DNA from: Candidatus Eiseniibacteriota bacterium
GTDB taxonomy: Bacteria; Eisenbacteria; RBG-16-71-46
Reading direction: 5' to 3'
DNA: 64,000 bases
Assembly (NCBI GenBank): GCA_963776245.1
Contig: CAVZLN010000003.1
Span: forward strand, 800,001 to 864,000
In this document: piece after piece, positions 38,070-48,016 of the stretch
Position numbering within the stretch: the first letter of the stretch is position 1
Layout of the letters: each line of letters begins with the position of its first letter
Made by a program: the position numbers and the translations under genes
The notes under the pieces: model-generated
The model's input: the letters and a program-made list of their open reading frames with translations, nothing else
What the model was told of the DNA's origin: nothing
Database searches by the model: none

Positions 38070-39380
38070 ATGACGCCTTCGCCTCGCCTGCTGCTGGTGT
38101 TCGTCTGCGCGGCCGCGCTCGCCTTGACCGCCACGCCCGCCCGCTCCGCCGAGCCGACGGGCCCGGACACGCTCGCGCCCGAGCGTCCCTCGCTGCGGGT
38201 GCCCGCGACGGCGCCCGGCGACTCGATCGAGCAGGCGCCACCCGGGCCGCTGCTGGTCCCGAGCGCGCCGCCGCCGCCCGACACCACGGCGCAGGCGCGC
38301 GCCCGCCGCGCGCGCGAGTTCGTGGCGGCGGGGAAGGCCTTCGAGGCCGGCGCCCGGCCCGCCTCCGCGATCGCGGCGTACCGCAGCGCCGTGCTGCTCG
38401 ACGAGAGCGTGCCCGACGCCTACCACCGCATGGGCGTGCTGTTCGCGGCGGTGGGCGAGGATAAGCAGGCGATCGCGTGCCTGAGCGCCGAGCTCGGGAA
38501 CCATCCGAGCAACACCGCGGCCGGGCGCATGCTGGGCGTGGTGCTGGCACGCAACGGGGACACCACGCGCGCGATCCGCCAGCTCGAGCTGCTGGTGCGC
38601 CGCGACCCGAACGACTCCGCGAGCTGGGCCGCGCTCGGGTTCGCGTACACCGCGGCCTCGCGGCTGAAGGACGCCGAGACCGCGCTGCGGCGCGCCCTGC
38701 GCATCGATCCACGGTGTCCCGACGCCGAGCGCGATCTCGGCGCGCTGCTCGCCTCGCAGAAGCGCACGGACGAGGCGCGCGCCGCGTTCGCGCGGGCGGC
38801 CCGCGCCGCGCCGCGCGACCCCTCGGTGCCGTTCAACCTCGGCAATCTCGAACGCCGCCTCAAGCGTGCGGAACCGGCGCTCGAGGCCTACCGGCATGCC
38901 GAGGCGCTCGACTCGACGTTCGCGTTCGCGCTCCAGGGCCAGGCCCAGGTGCTGATCGAGACCGGGCGCGAGCGCGAAGCGGGCGAGGTCTACCGGCGCT
39001 GGCTGAGGGTGCGCCCGGACGACCACAACGCGCGCCTCGATGCCATCCGGCTCCACGAGCGCATCGGCCGCAGGGACGTGGCGCTCGAGCTGGCGCGCAA
39101 CGGTGTGCGCGGGGAGCCGCGCTCGAGCGACGCGCACCTGATGTACGGCATGGCGCTGAGCTCGGCCGGTCTCACGCGCGAGGCGCTGGTGGAGCTACGG
39201 CGCGCCGACGCCCTGGCGGCCGGCGCCGCCGAGCGCGGGCGCGCCGCAGCGCTCATCGCGGCGCTGCGCCGCGAGGCGCCCGATTCTCTGCGCGCGCTGT
39301 TCGACGCCGACAGCCTCGCGCACCCCCAGCCCGCGCCCACCCCGACGCCGGCCCGGCCTCGAGCGCCCGGCGGAAGGTGA
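38070..39380 (+). CDS. Secreted tetratricopeptide repeat protein
   Basis: Signal peptide, Pro-rich linker, multiple TPR units (AYHRMG, WAALGFAY, FNLGNL); TATAGT lies 6 nt before the ATG. Confidence 0.85.
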   Translation: MTPSPRLLLVFVCAAALALTATPARSAEPTGPDTLAPERPSLRVPATAPGDSIEQAPPGPLLVPSAPPPPDTTAQARARRAREFVAAGKAFEAGARPASAIAAYRSAVLLDESVPDAYHRMGVLFAAVGEDKQAIACLSAELGNHPSNTAAGRMLGVVLARNGDTTRAIRQLELLVRRDPNDSASWAALGFAYTAASRLKDAETALRRALRIDPRCPDAERDLGALLASQKRTDEARAAFARAARAAPRDPSVPFNLGNLERRLKRAEPALEAYRHAEALDSTFAFALQGQAQVLIETGREREAGEVYRRWLRVRPDDHNARLDAIRLHERIGRRDVALELARNGVRGEPRSSDAHLMYGMALSSAGLTREALVELRRADALAAGAAERGRAAALIAALRREAPDSLRALFDADSLAHPQPAPTPTPARPRAPGGR

Positions 39381-39441
39381 CCGCTTGGCCCGACGCCGCG
39401 CCTCGGGTAGAGTCCCTCGTCCTTCACGCACCCGGCCGCCC

Positions 39442-40461
39442 ATGGAGGCTGAGACCCTGCCCCACACCCTGTACCTCGCCGCGCCGCGCGGATTCTGCGC
39501 CGGGGTGGACCGTGCCATCGACATCGTCGAGATGGCGCTGCAGGCGTACGGGCCGCCGATCTGGGTGCGCCACGACATCGTGCACAACCGCCACGTCGTG
39601 GACGCGCTGCGGGCCAAGGGCGCGGTGTTCACCGACGACCTCGCCGAGGTCCCGAGCGGCGCGGTGGTGATCTTCTCCGCGCACGGGGTCTCGCCGGCGG
39701 TGCGGCGCGAGGCCGAGGCGCGCGGGCTCCGGGCGCTCGACGCCACCTGCCCGCTGGTCACCAAGGTGCATCTCGAGGCGCTGCGCTACGCCAAGGAAGG
39801 CACCACCATCGTGCTGGTCGGGCACCGCAATCACGTCGAGGTGCAGGGCACGCTCGGCGAGGCGCCGGACTCCATCGTGGTGGTGGAGTCGGTGGCCGAG
39901 GCGGAGGCGCTGACGCTGCCGGACCCATCGAAGGCGGCCTACATCAGCCAGACCACGCTCTCGGTGGACGACGTGAAGGCGATCGTCGAGACGCTCAAGC
40001 GCCGCTTCCCGGAGATCCAGGAGCCGGCCAAGGCGGACATCTGCTACGCCACCCAGAACCGCCAGGACGCGGTGAAGGAACTTGCGGCGCGCTGCGCGGT
40101 GATCCTGGTGGTGGGAGCGCCGGCGAGCAGCAACGCGAACCGCCTGGTCGAGGTGGCGCGGCTGCGCGGGGCGAGCGCCTATCTCATCGAGTCGGCCGAG
40201 GACGTGCGCCCCGAATGGATCGCCGGGGACGTCGGCATCACCGCCGGCGCGTCCACTCCCGAGCACATCGTGCAGGAGTGCGTGGAGCGCGTGCGCGCGC
40301 TGGGCGAGTACCGGGTCGAGAGCTTCTCGCTGGTCGAGGAGCGCGTGATGTTCCCGCTGCCGGGCGAGTTGCTCGCGGTAGCGGCCTCCCGGGGGATCGC
40401 CGTGGGCGCCGGCAACGCGCGCGCCGCCGCCCGCGCCACCGGGCGCGACCCCGCGCGCTAG
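39442..40461 (+). CDS. ispH: 4-hydroxy-3-methylbut-2-enyl diphosphate reductase
   Basis: PRGFCAGV, IVHN, SAHG, DATCPLV, DICYATQNRQ, SSN, AGASTP. Confidence 0.96.
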   Translation: MEAETLPHTLYLAAPRGFCAGVDRAIDIVEMALQAYGPPIWVRHDIVHNRHVVDALRAKGAVFTDDLAEVPSGAVVIFSAHGVSPAVRREAEARGLRALDATCPLVTKVHLEALRYAKEGTTIVLVGHRNHVEVQGTLGEAPDSIVVVESVAEAEALTLPDPSKAAYISQTTLSVDDVKAIVETLKRRFPEIQEPAKADICYATQNRQDAVKELAARCAVILVVGAPASSNANRLVEVARLRGASAYLIESAEDVRPEWIAGDVGITAGASTPEHIVQECVERVRALGEYRVESFSLVEERVMFPLPGELLAVAASRGIAVGAGNARAAARATGRDPAR

Positions 40462-40468
40462 CGCCGCC

Positions 40469-41338
40469 ATGCTCGTCCCCCGCGTCTTCCTGGTGCCGCA
40501 CCTGCCCACGCTGGTGCTCGACGAGCAGCGCCGCCCGGAGACCGAGATGGTGGCCGCGCTGCGCGCCGCGCGCGAGGCGTTCCAGTCCGACGGCTACGAG
40601 CACATCGTCGCGGTGTCGGCGCGCTGGATGTCGAACGGGCCCTTCCTGGTGGACGAGTCCGCCCACCTCTCGACCATCACCGACTACACCGGCCTCGGGG
40701 TGGAGGTGCGCTACCACGTCGCCGGCCATCCCACGCTGGCGCGCGCGCTGGTGGCGGCGGGCGAGGCGGCGGGCGTGCGCGTGGGACCGGCGCGGCGCGG
40801 CGCCGACAGCGGCGTGAGCGTGCCGCTGCACTTCCTGGCGCCCGAACGCCGCTCGCGCGTGGTGCCGCTTTCGCTGGCGCCGCTCGGCGCGGCCGCCCAC
40901 CGCGCGTGGGGGCACGCGCTGCGCGCCACGCTCGAGGCCCGCAAGGAGCGCATCGCGTTCGTGGTCGGCGGCCTGCTGTCCGCCAACCTGCACGCCTGGA
41001 ACCTCAAGCGCGAGGTCGCGGGCTCGCTCGCGTTCGACGCGTGGGCGCTCGACGCGCTGCGGCGCGGGGCGTGGGACTCGCTCGCGCGGCCCGAGCGCAA
41101 GTGGCTGCGGGAGGCGCAGCCCGAGGCGCGCATGCGCCACCTCGAGCTGCTGCGCGGCTTCCTCGGCGACGACGCGCGCGGCGACGTGCGCTGCTACGAG
41201 CCGGCGCCCGGGATGGGCTGCGCGCTGGTGGAGTTCGCGCTCGAGCCCACCCACGTCGTGCCGCGCGCGACCGCGGACGCGGCGGGCGCCGACGATGCGG
41301 CCGGCAAGGTCGCGGGCGACGATCCCGCGCGGGACTGA
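40469..41338 (+). CDS. LigB/Memo-fold extradiol dioxygenase-like protein (metal ligands look degenerate)
   Basis: VPHLP, VAVSARW, ADSGVSVPL, GGLLSAN align with LigB-type SxHW / DHG / SGxxxHN positions, but His residues are substituted. Confidence 0.65.
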   Translation: MLVPRVFLVPHLPTLVLDEQRRPETEMVAALRAAREAFQSDGYEHIVAVSARWMSNGPFLVDESAHLSTITDYTGLGVEVRYHVAGHPTLARALVAAGEAAGVRVGPARRGADSGVSVPLHFLAPERRSRVVPLSLAPLGAAAHRAWGHALRATLEARKERIAFVVGGLLSANLHAWNLKREVAGSLAFDAWALDALRRGAWDSLARPERKWLREAQPEARMRHLELLRGFLGDDARGDVRCYEPAPGMGCALVEFALEPTHVVPRATADAAGADDAAGKVAGDDPARD

Positions 41339-41348
41339 CGGAGATCGC

Positions 41349-42570
41349 GTGCGCGTCCTGTTCGTCAACGCGTTCCACTGGCTGAAGGGTGGCGTCGAAC
41401 GCACCGTCTTCGACGAGACCCGCTGGCTTGTCGGCCGCCGGCCACGAGGTCGGCCACCTGGCCACCCGCGATCCGCGCAATGCGCCCAGTCCGACCGCGG
41501 AGTTCTTCGCCCCGGCGGCGGACTTCGGCGAGGGCGCGCCGGTGCTCCCGCAGCTCGCCCGTCTGCCCGCTGCCCTGTGGTCGCGCGAGGCCGCGGCCTG
41601 CATGCGGCGGCTGCTCGAGCGCTGGCGTCCCGACGTGGCCCACATCCACGCGCCGAGCCGCTACCTGAGTCCCTCGGTGCTGCGCCCGCTCGAGTCGCGG
41701 GGCATCCCGATCGTGATGACGCTGCACGACTTCAAACCGTGGTGCACCAACCGGCTGCTGTACGCGCACGGCGCGCCGTGCGAGCGCTGTCGCGGCGGCC
41801 GGCACTGGCGGTCGTTCGCCACCGGCTGCGTGCAGGGCTCGCGCGCGAAGAGCGCGGTCGCGACCCTCGAGGCCTATCTCCACGAAGCGGTGGGCGCGTA
41901 CCGCGCGGTGCGGCTGTGGATCGCCCCGTCGCGCTTCGTCGCGGACATGGCGGCCTCGCTCGGCGCGCGACCCACCAACCTGCGCGTGCTGGCGCACGGT
42001 GTGGAGCGGCCGGTGCCCGCGACCGCGGCGCAGACGGACCCGCACGACCCCTTCGCGCTGTTCTTCGGCCGGCTCTCCGAGGAGAAGGGCGTGCGCCTGC
42101 TGCCGGCGGTGGCGCGCGCCATCGCGCCGGCGACGCTGGTGGTGACCGGCGACGGTCCGCTGGCGGACTGGCTCCGCCGCGCCGGGGAGCCGAACGTGCG
42201 GATGCTCGGGCGCGTCGACGACGCGCGGCTGGCCGCCCTGCGCGCCACCGCGAGCGTGGTGGTGATCCCGAGCCTGTTCTACGAGGCCTTCGGCTACAGC
42301 GCGGCCGAAGCGCTGCTGGACGCGCGCCCGGTGGTGGCGTCGCGCATCGGGGCGCTGCCCGAGCTGGTCGAGCACGAGGTGACCGGGCTGCTCGCCCCCG
42401 CGGGCGACGCGCAGGCGTTCGCCGCGGCCACGCAGCGGGCGCTCGGCAGCGAAGAGGCGCGGCGCTGGGGCGCCGCCGGCCGGGAGCGGGTGGCCGCGCT
42501 CACCGAGCCCGCGCGCCACGTCGAGGGGCTGGTCGGGATCTATCGCGAGGCGATCGCCGCGACGCGCTGA
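41349..42570 (+). CDS. GT4 family glycosyltransferase; +1 frameshift at about 41428
   Basis: VRVLFVNAFHWLKGGVE start in one frame; TLHDF, GRLSEEKG, PSLFYEAFG, SRIGALPE in the next. Removing one T in CTTGTCG joins them. Confidence 0.82.
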
Positions 42571-42655
42571 GCCCGCCGCGGGGGGCGTCTCCGGGAATCG
42601 CCCGACCGTCGATCCTCCCCGGTGTCCCGGCGGGGTGGGATGCCCGCCCGCCCGG

Positions 42656-43228
42656 CTATCGCTGCCGGCCGGACTCCCAGGCTTCGACGTCCGGCTCGAG
42701 CGCCACGCCGAGCGCCAGCACCATGCGGTTCGCGTAGGCGAAGTACGCCGCGATCGACAGCGCGCGCACGATCGCCGCGTCGTCGAAGCCGTACTCGCGC
42801 AGGCGCTCGACATCCTCGCGCTTGCGCTCGTCGGGCTCGCAGGTGAGCGCCACCGCGGCGTCCATCAGCACGCGGTCGCGCGCGGTGAGGTTGGCCTCGC
42901 GGTAGTCGAGCGCCACCGCTCGCGCCAGCGCCTCGTCGCCGAGCGCCCGCGCCAGCCGCGGACCGTGATGGGCCACGCAGTACGCGCATCCGTTGGTGGC
43001 CGACACCACCACCGCGATCATCTCGGCCTGGGCGTGGGTGAGCGGCGCCGGATCGTCGAGCAGCGCGCGCGCGTGGGCGAAGCCGGCCTCGAGCCCGCGC
43101 GGGTCGAGCGCGAGGCTCTGCCACAGGTGAGCCACGCGGCCACGCGACGAGCGGCTGGCGATGGCGCGGTAGAGGGTCTCGAGCGCTCCGGACGCCGCGC
43201 CGGGCGGGATGCTGCGGGTCCACGACAT
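42656..43228 (-). CDS. AhpD/CMD-like peroxidase-related enzyme
   Basis: EMIAVVVSATNGCAYCVAHH, AYFAYANR; upstream TTGACC-N17-TAGAGT at 43257-43285. Confidence 0.9.
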   Translation of the reverse strand: MSWTRSIPPGAASGALETLYRAIASRSSRGRVAHLWQSLALDPRGLEAGFAHARALLDDPAPLTHAQAEMIAVVVSATNGCAYCVAHHGPRLARALGDEALARAVALDYREANLTARDRVLMDAAVALTCEPDERKREDVERLREYGFDDAAIVRALSIAAYFAYANRMVLALGVALEPDVEAWESGRQR

Positions 43229-43453
43229 GGGCGGTTCCTCGGGTGACGGCTCGCGCACTCTAGGCACGCCGCACGCGACGGTCAACGCGCGCCATCCTGC
43301 GTCGGCGAAGTCGTGGGAGGAGTCCGGCGGCCGCTGGCCTGGCCGAGGGCGCGATTCCGCCCGCGCCGCCGGCGGGGGACGCGCATCTGAAGGGCACACG
43401 GCCGGCGGCTCCGCCCGCGCTCCGGAACGCAGCGCGCCGGGCGGTCGCGGTGG

Positions 43454-43483
43454 TTGACAGTGCGAGAAGGCGGGGACTAACTT
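43454..43483 (+). promoter_or_regulatory. sigma70-like promoter TTGACA-N18-TAACTT
   Basis: Perfect -35 hexamer upstream of the sod-bcp genes. Confidence 0.55.
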
Positions 43484-43550
43484 GAGTGTCCTCCCACGCG
43501 CCGAGTCACGGGGCGGTCCCTCGTCCGCCCATCCCTTCAGGAGGTTCCCC

Positions 43551-44165
43551 ATGGCATGGAAGAAGCTCGAACCCAGGACGTTCGCGTCCATCCGCGAACT
43601 CAAGGGCATCAGCGCCCGCACCAACGAAGAGCACTACGAGCTCTACAAGGGCTACGTGGGCAAAGTGAACGAGATCCAGGGCCGCCTCGACGGCGTGGAC
43701 CGCGCCGCGGCGAACCAGATCTACAGCGACTATCGCGCGCTGCGGGTGGACCTGTCGTTCGCCATCGGCGGCGTGAAGAACCACGAGATCTATTTCGGAC
43801 ACCTCGGTGGCGAGGGGGGCCGGCCCGCGGGCCGGCTGCTCGATCTGATCAACCGTGACTTCCCCTCGTACGACACGTGGCTCCAGGACTTCAAGGCCTG
43901 CGGCATCGCGGCGCGCGGGTGGGTGTGGCTCGCGTACGACCACGACTGGAACACGCTGACGACGGTCCTCGGCGACGCGCAGAACACGTTCCCGGTCTGG
44001 AACGCGACCCCCATCCTGGCGCTCGACACCTACGAGCACGCGTACTGGATCGACTACGGCCGTGCGCGCGCGAAGTACATCGACGCGTTCTTCAACAACC
44101 TCGACTGGAACGTCGTGGCGGCCAATCTGGACAGGGCGCTCGCCATGCAGGCGGTCCAGAAGTAG
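43551..44165 (+). CDS. sod: Fe/Mn superoxide dismutase family protein
   Basis: Metal ligands EEHY, NHEIYF, DTYEHAY; GWVWL; RBS AGGAGG. Confidence 0.9.
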   Translation: MAWKKLEPRTFASIRELKGISARTNEEHYELYKGYVGKVNEIQGRLDGVDRAAANQIYSDYRALRVDLSFAIGGVKNHEIYFGHLGGEGGRPAGRLLDLINRDFPSYDTWLQDFKACGIAARGWVWLAYDHDWNTLTTVLGDAQNTFPVWNATPILALDTYEHAYWIDYGRARAKYIDAFFNNLDWNVVAANLDRALAMQAVQK

Positions 44166-44244
44166 AGATCCACGACCACGGGGACGGCCGCGCCGTCCCC
44201 CGAGCCGGGCTCCCATGGGGGCCCGGCCCGTTTTCGGAGGATGC

Positions 44245-44727
44245 ATGGCCACCAGCCAGATGCCGGTCGTCATCGGACGGACCGCACCCGATTTCGCGCT
44301 GCCGTCCACCACCGGCGAGACCATCACGCTCAAGCAGTTCAAGGGGAAGAAGACGGTGATCCTGTACTTCTACCCCAAGGACGAGACGCCCGGCTGCACC
44401 AAGGAGGCGTGCGGGTTCCGCGACCTGACGGCCGAGTTCGAGAAGCTCGGCACGGTGATCCTCGGGGTCTCGAACGACCCGATGGAGTCCCACCTCGCGT
44501 TCCGCGACAAGCACAAGCTGCCGTTCCCTCTGCTCTCCGACGAGGACGCCACGGTGTCGAAGCAGTTCGGCGTCTACAAGCAGAAGAACCTCTACGGCAA
44601 GAAGTACATGGGCATCGAGCGCACCACGTTCGTCATCGACCGCACCGGGCGCATCGCGCAGATCTACCCCAAGGTGAAGGTCGTGGGCCACGTGCAGGAC
44701 CTGCTGGGGTTCCTGGGCGAGGACTGA
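44245..44727 (+). CDS. bcp: Thioredoxin-dependent thiol peroxidase (BCP peroxiredoxin)
   Basis: YFYPKDETPGCTKEACGFRD, GIERTTFVID. Confidence 0.95.
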   Translation: MATSQMPVVIGRTAPDFALPSTTGETITLKQFKGKKTVILYFYPKDETPGCTKEACGFRDLTAEFEKLGTVILGVSNDPMESHLAFRDKHKLPFPLLSDEDATVSKQFGVYKQKNLYGKKYMGIERTTFVIDRTGRIAQIYPKVKVVGHVQDLLGFLGED

Positions 44728-44792
44728 GCGCCCGGGCGCTCCCGGCGTTCGCCTCGCCGGGCGCGCCGCAGGCCGGTCCGCGCGAGGGCGCC

Positions 44793-45437
44793 ATGGACCA
44801 CGAGCCGCGGCAGCCGGTGCCGGTGCTTCCACTCCGGGACATGGTGCTCTTCCCCGGCGCGCTGGCCTGCGTCCAGGTCCTCGACCTGCGCCATCGCGCT
44901 CTGGTGCGCGAGGCGCTCGCCACCGAGCGCATGCTGGCGCTCGCGGTGCTGAAGCCGGGCTTCGAGCGCGAGCCCCGTGGCGGCCCGGAGTTCCACGCGC
45001 TCGGCTGCCTCGCGCGCTTCGACGAGGTCGAGTGGCTGCCCAACGACGGCTTCGATGTGCGCGTGCGCGGGCTGGTGCGCGTGCGGTTCGAAGCGGTGGC
45101 GCGTGAGTTCCCGTACCCCGCGGCACGCGTCCGCGTGCTGCCGCAGGCGCCCTACACCGAGGACGACCCGCTGGTGACGAGCGAGCGCCGTGCCCTGCTC
45201 GACGCCTGGGGACGGCTGGAGCACGAGCCGCTCGAGCCCTCGCTGCGGGCGCCGGCCGACGCCGCCACGTACGAGGCGCTCGTGAACGCGGCGTGCATGG
45301 CGGTGCCGGCGACCCCCGAGGAGCGACTGGCGTGGCTGGCGCTGGACAGCGTGCTCGAGCGCGGCCACCGCGTGCGCGAGAGGATGGCGCACGGGCCCCC
45401 GCCGCCGCCGCAACCACCGCGCGGGGACCGCAACTAG
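44793..45437 (+). CDS. Stand-alone Lon protease N-terminal (substrate-binding) domain protein
   Basis: PVLPLRDMVLFPG, GC...LPNDG.DV.VRG..R; no AAA or protease domain. Confidence 0.85.
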   Translation: MDHEPRQPVPVLPLRDMVLFPGALACVQVLDLRHRALVREALATERMLALAVLKPGFEREPRGGPEFHALGCLARFDEVEWLPNDGFDVRVRGLVRVRFEAVAREFPYPAARVRVLPQAPYTEDDPLVTSERRALLDAWGRLEHEPLEPSLRAPADAATYEALVNAACMAVPATPEERLAWLALDSVLERGHRVRERMAHGPPPPPQPPRGDRN

Positions 45438-45439
45438 GC

Positions 45440-45695
45440 AGGAAGCATTGATGCGCTGCTTCACGAACCGAGCGTGGAGTCCCCCGATCCCGCAGCCACT
45501 CGGCCGATCCACAGCGCATCAACGACCCGGCGATGCAGCGCGTGAACTCCAGAGCCGACGGCCCGGTGACGCCCCGCATCGGGAATCCAAGACACCCGTG
45601 GGCGGCGTCACAGCACCACGCGCCGGGGAACGGGGAAGGACCGTATGCGGCGCGAGGACCCATCGAGTCGGAGGGGAGGGATCACCGACTCGCGC
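45440..45695 (-). ncRNA. Candidate structured non-coding RNA
   Basis: Three long stems (45448-58/45512-22, 45566-73/45604-11, 45664-71/45685-92) downstream of a TTGCAT-N18-TATCGT promoter-like element; no convincing ORF. Confidence 0.35.
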
Positions 45696-45794
45696 CAAAC
45701 GATAGAGAAACGTCCATGAGGTATGCAAGAGAAAACGCTCGTCGCCGTCCAGAATCGGCGGCCCGACGCGGCGCGGACACCTCCCGGCACCGGC

Positions 45795-45823
45795 TTGGCA
45801 GGCCCCGGGCGCCCGTCTAGACT
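45795..45823 (+). promoter_or_regulatory. sigma70-like promoter TTGGCA-N17-TAGACT, 9 nt before the tnaA ATG (near-leaderless)
   Basis: Read directly from the sequence; no SD sequence before ATG 45833. Confidence 0.55.
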
Positions 45824-45832
45824 GCGGGCACC

Positions 45833-47248
45833 ATGCGCTTCCCGGCCGAGCCTTTCCGCATCAAGGTGGTGGAACCCCTGCGCCGCGTCTCCCGCGAGGA
45901 GCGCGAGCGCCTGATCCTCGAGGCCGGGCTCAACATCTTCGCGGTGCCCGCGGACAGCATCTACGTGGACCTGCTCACCGACAGCGGCACCTCGGCGATG
46001 AGTGACCACCAGTGGGCCGGCCTGATGATGGGCGACGAGTCCTACGCCGGCTCGAAGAACTTCTATCACCTGCGCGACACCGTCCGCGAGATCTTCGGCT
46101 ACCCGCACGTCATCCCCACGCACCAGGGGCGGGTCGCCGAGAACCTGCTCTTCACCACCGTGCTCAAGCCCGGCGACGTGGTGCCGAACAACATCCACTT
46201 CGACACCACCCGCGCCAACGTCGAGCACCAGGGCGCCGAGGCGCGCGATCTCGTCATCGATGAGGGCCTCGATCCCACGCTGGAGCACCCCTTCAAGGGC
46301 AACCTCGACCCGGTCAAGCTGGAACGCACCCTCGCCGAGCTCGGGCCGCGCGTGCCGCTGGTGATGCTCACCGTCACCAACAACTCGGGGGGCGGCCAGC
46401 CGGTGTCGATCGCCAACGTGCGCGCGGTGCGCGCGGTGTGCGACCGCCACCACGTGCCGCTGTTCTTCGACGCCTGCCGCTTCGCCGAGAACTGCTGGTT
46501 CATCCAGCAGCGCGAGCCGGGCTACGCGGACAAGTCCATCCGCGAGATCGCGCGGGAGATGTTCTCGTACGGCGACGGATGCACGATGAGCGCGAAGAAG
46601 GACGGCCTGGTGAACATCGGAGGCTTCCTGGCCCTGAAGGACCCCGAGTGGACCGAGCGCATCACCAACCTGCTCATCCTCATCGAGGGCTTCCCGACCT
46701 ACGGCGGCCTCGCCGGCCGCGATCTCGAGGCGGTCGCGCGCGGGCTCCAGGAGGTGCTGAACGAGGACTACCTCACCTTCCGCATTACCCAGGTCGCCCA
46801 CCTCGGCGAGCTGATGACCGCGGGCGGGGTGCCGATCGTGAGGCCGGTGGGCGGGCACGCCGTGTACCTCGACGCGCGCCGCTTCCTGCCGCACGTGCCG
46901 CAGTCCCAGTTTCCCGGCCAGGCGCTGGTGGTGGCGCTCTACCGGGAGTTCGGCATCCGCGCGGTCGAGGTGGGGAGCCTGATGTTCGGCCACAGGGACC
47001 CCGCGACCGGCGCCGACGTGTGGCCGCGCCTCGATCTGGTGCGGCTCGCCGTCCCGCGCCGGGTGTACACCACCGAGCACATGCGCTACGTCGCCGAGAG
47101 CGTGGTGTCGCTGTACCGCGATCGCGAGCGCCTGCGCGGGCTGCGCATCGTGCACGAGGCGCCGATGCTGCGGCACTTCACCGCCCGCCTCGAGGAGCTC
47201 GAGCCCGCCCCGGCGTTCGCCGGCGGCACGGCTCCATCCGCGCGCTGA
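45833..47248 (+). CDS. tnaA: Tryptophanase (PLP-dependent beta-eliminating lyase)
   Basis: DLLTDSGT, MSAKKDG (PLP Lys), YGGLAGRD; HFDTT and LRHFTARL are tryptophanase-type rather than tyrosine phenol-lyase-type. Confidence 0.9.
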   Translation: MRFPAEPFRIKVVEPLRRVSREERERLILEAGLNIFAVPADSIYVDLLTDSGTSAMSDHQWAGLMMGDESYAGSKNFYHLRDTVREIFGYPHVIPTHQGRVAENLLFTTVLKPGDVVPNNIHFDTTRANVEHQGAEARDLVIDEGLDPTLEHPFKGNLDPVKLERTLAELGPRVPLVMLTVTNNSGGGQPVSIANVRAVRAVCDRHHVPLFFDACRFAENCWFIQQREPGYADKSIREIAREMFSYGDGCTMSAKKDGLVNIGGFLALKDPEWTERITNLLILIEGFPTYGGLAGRDLEAVARGLQEVLNEDYLTFRITQVAHLGELMTAGGVPIVRPVGGHAVYLDARRFLPHVPQSQFPGQALVVALYREFGIRAVEVGSLMFGHRDPATGADVWPRLDLVRLAVPRRVYTTEHMRYVAESVVSLYRDRERLRGLRIVHEAPMLRHFTARLEELEPAPAFAGGTAPSAR

Positions 47249-47296
47249 GTCCGCGGCGCTCCCGCGCCCGCGGCGACGCCATTCGGAGGTCCGCTC

Positions 47297-48016
47297 ATGC
47301 CCACGTTCGATCGGGGATTCCGGCTCACCTGGCTCGGTCACGGCAGTTTCCGTCTCGACACGCGCGGCGGCCGCACCGTGCTGCTCGATCCGTGGGTGGA
47401 GGGCAACCCTTCGTGCCCGCCGGGAAGCAAGGTCTTCGAGCGCATCGACGTGATGACCATCTCGCACGGTCACGGCGACCACATGTCCGACGCGGTGACC
47501 CTGGCGAGGAAGTTCAAGCCCGCCATCGTGTGCAACTACGAGATCCACCTGTTCCTCAAGAACAAGGGGGTGGCGAACACCAGCCCGATGAACAAGGGGG
47601 GCACGCAGACCGTCGCGGGGCTCGGCTTCACCATGGTGCACGCCGTGCACTCGAGCGGCATCGAGGACGGCGGACAGGTGGTCTACGGCGGCGAGCCGTG
47701 CGGCTTCGTGATCACGCTCGAGGACGGCACGCGGATCTACCACGCGGGCGACACCGGCGCGCACATGGACATGGCGCTGATCGGCGAGCTGTACGCGCCC
47801 GAGATCGCCATCCTGCCGATCGGGGACCACTTCACCATGTCCCCGCGCGAGGCCGCCTACGCCGCCCGCATGCTCAAGCCGAAGTGGATCGTGCCCGCGC
47901 ACCACGGCACCTTCCCGCTGCTCACCGGCACCCCCGCGATGCTGCGGGCGGAACTGGCCAAGCTCGGCGTGGCGGCGCAGGTGGTGGCGCTCGCGCCGGG
48001 CGAGGCGGTGGGATGA
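47297..48016 (+). CDS. UPF0173 metallo-beta-lactamase-fold hydrolase
   Basis: WLGHGSF, SHGHGDH, AVHSS, YHAGDT, LPIGDHFTM. Confidence 0.9.
   Translation: MPTFDRGFRLTWLGHGSFRLDTRGGRTVLLDPWVEGNPSCPPGSKVFERIDVMTISHGHGDHMSDAVTLARKFKPAIVCNYEIHLFLKNKGVANTSPMNKGGTQTVAGLGFTMVHAVHSSGIEDGGQVVYGGEPCGFVITLEDGTRIYHAGDTGAHMDMALIGELYAPEIAILPIGDHFTMSPREAAYAARMLKPKWIVPAHHGTFPLLTGTPAMLRAELAKLGVAAQVVALAPGEAVG

Noticed and set aside
45716..45820. TnaC-like leader peptide upstream of tnaA
   Set aside because: The short ORF has no Trp and no terminal Pro, and the predicted tnaA promoter lies at its 3' end.
45833..47248. Tyrosine phenol-lyase assignment
   Set aside because: The specificity positions (FDTT, RHFTA) match tryptophanase.
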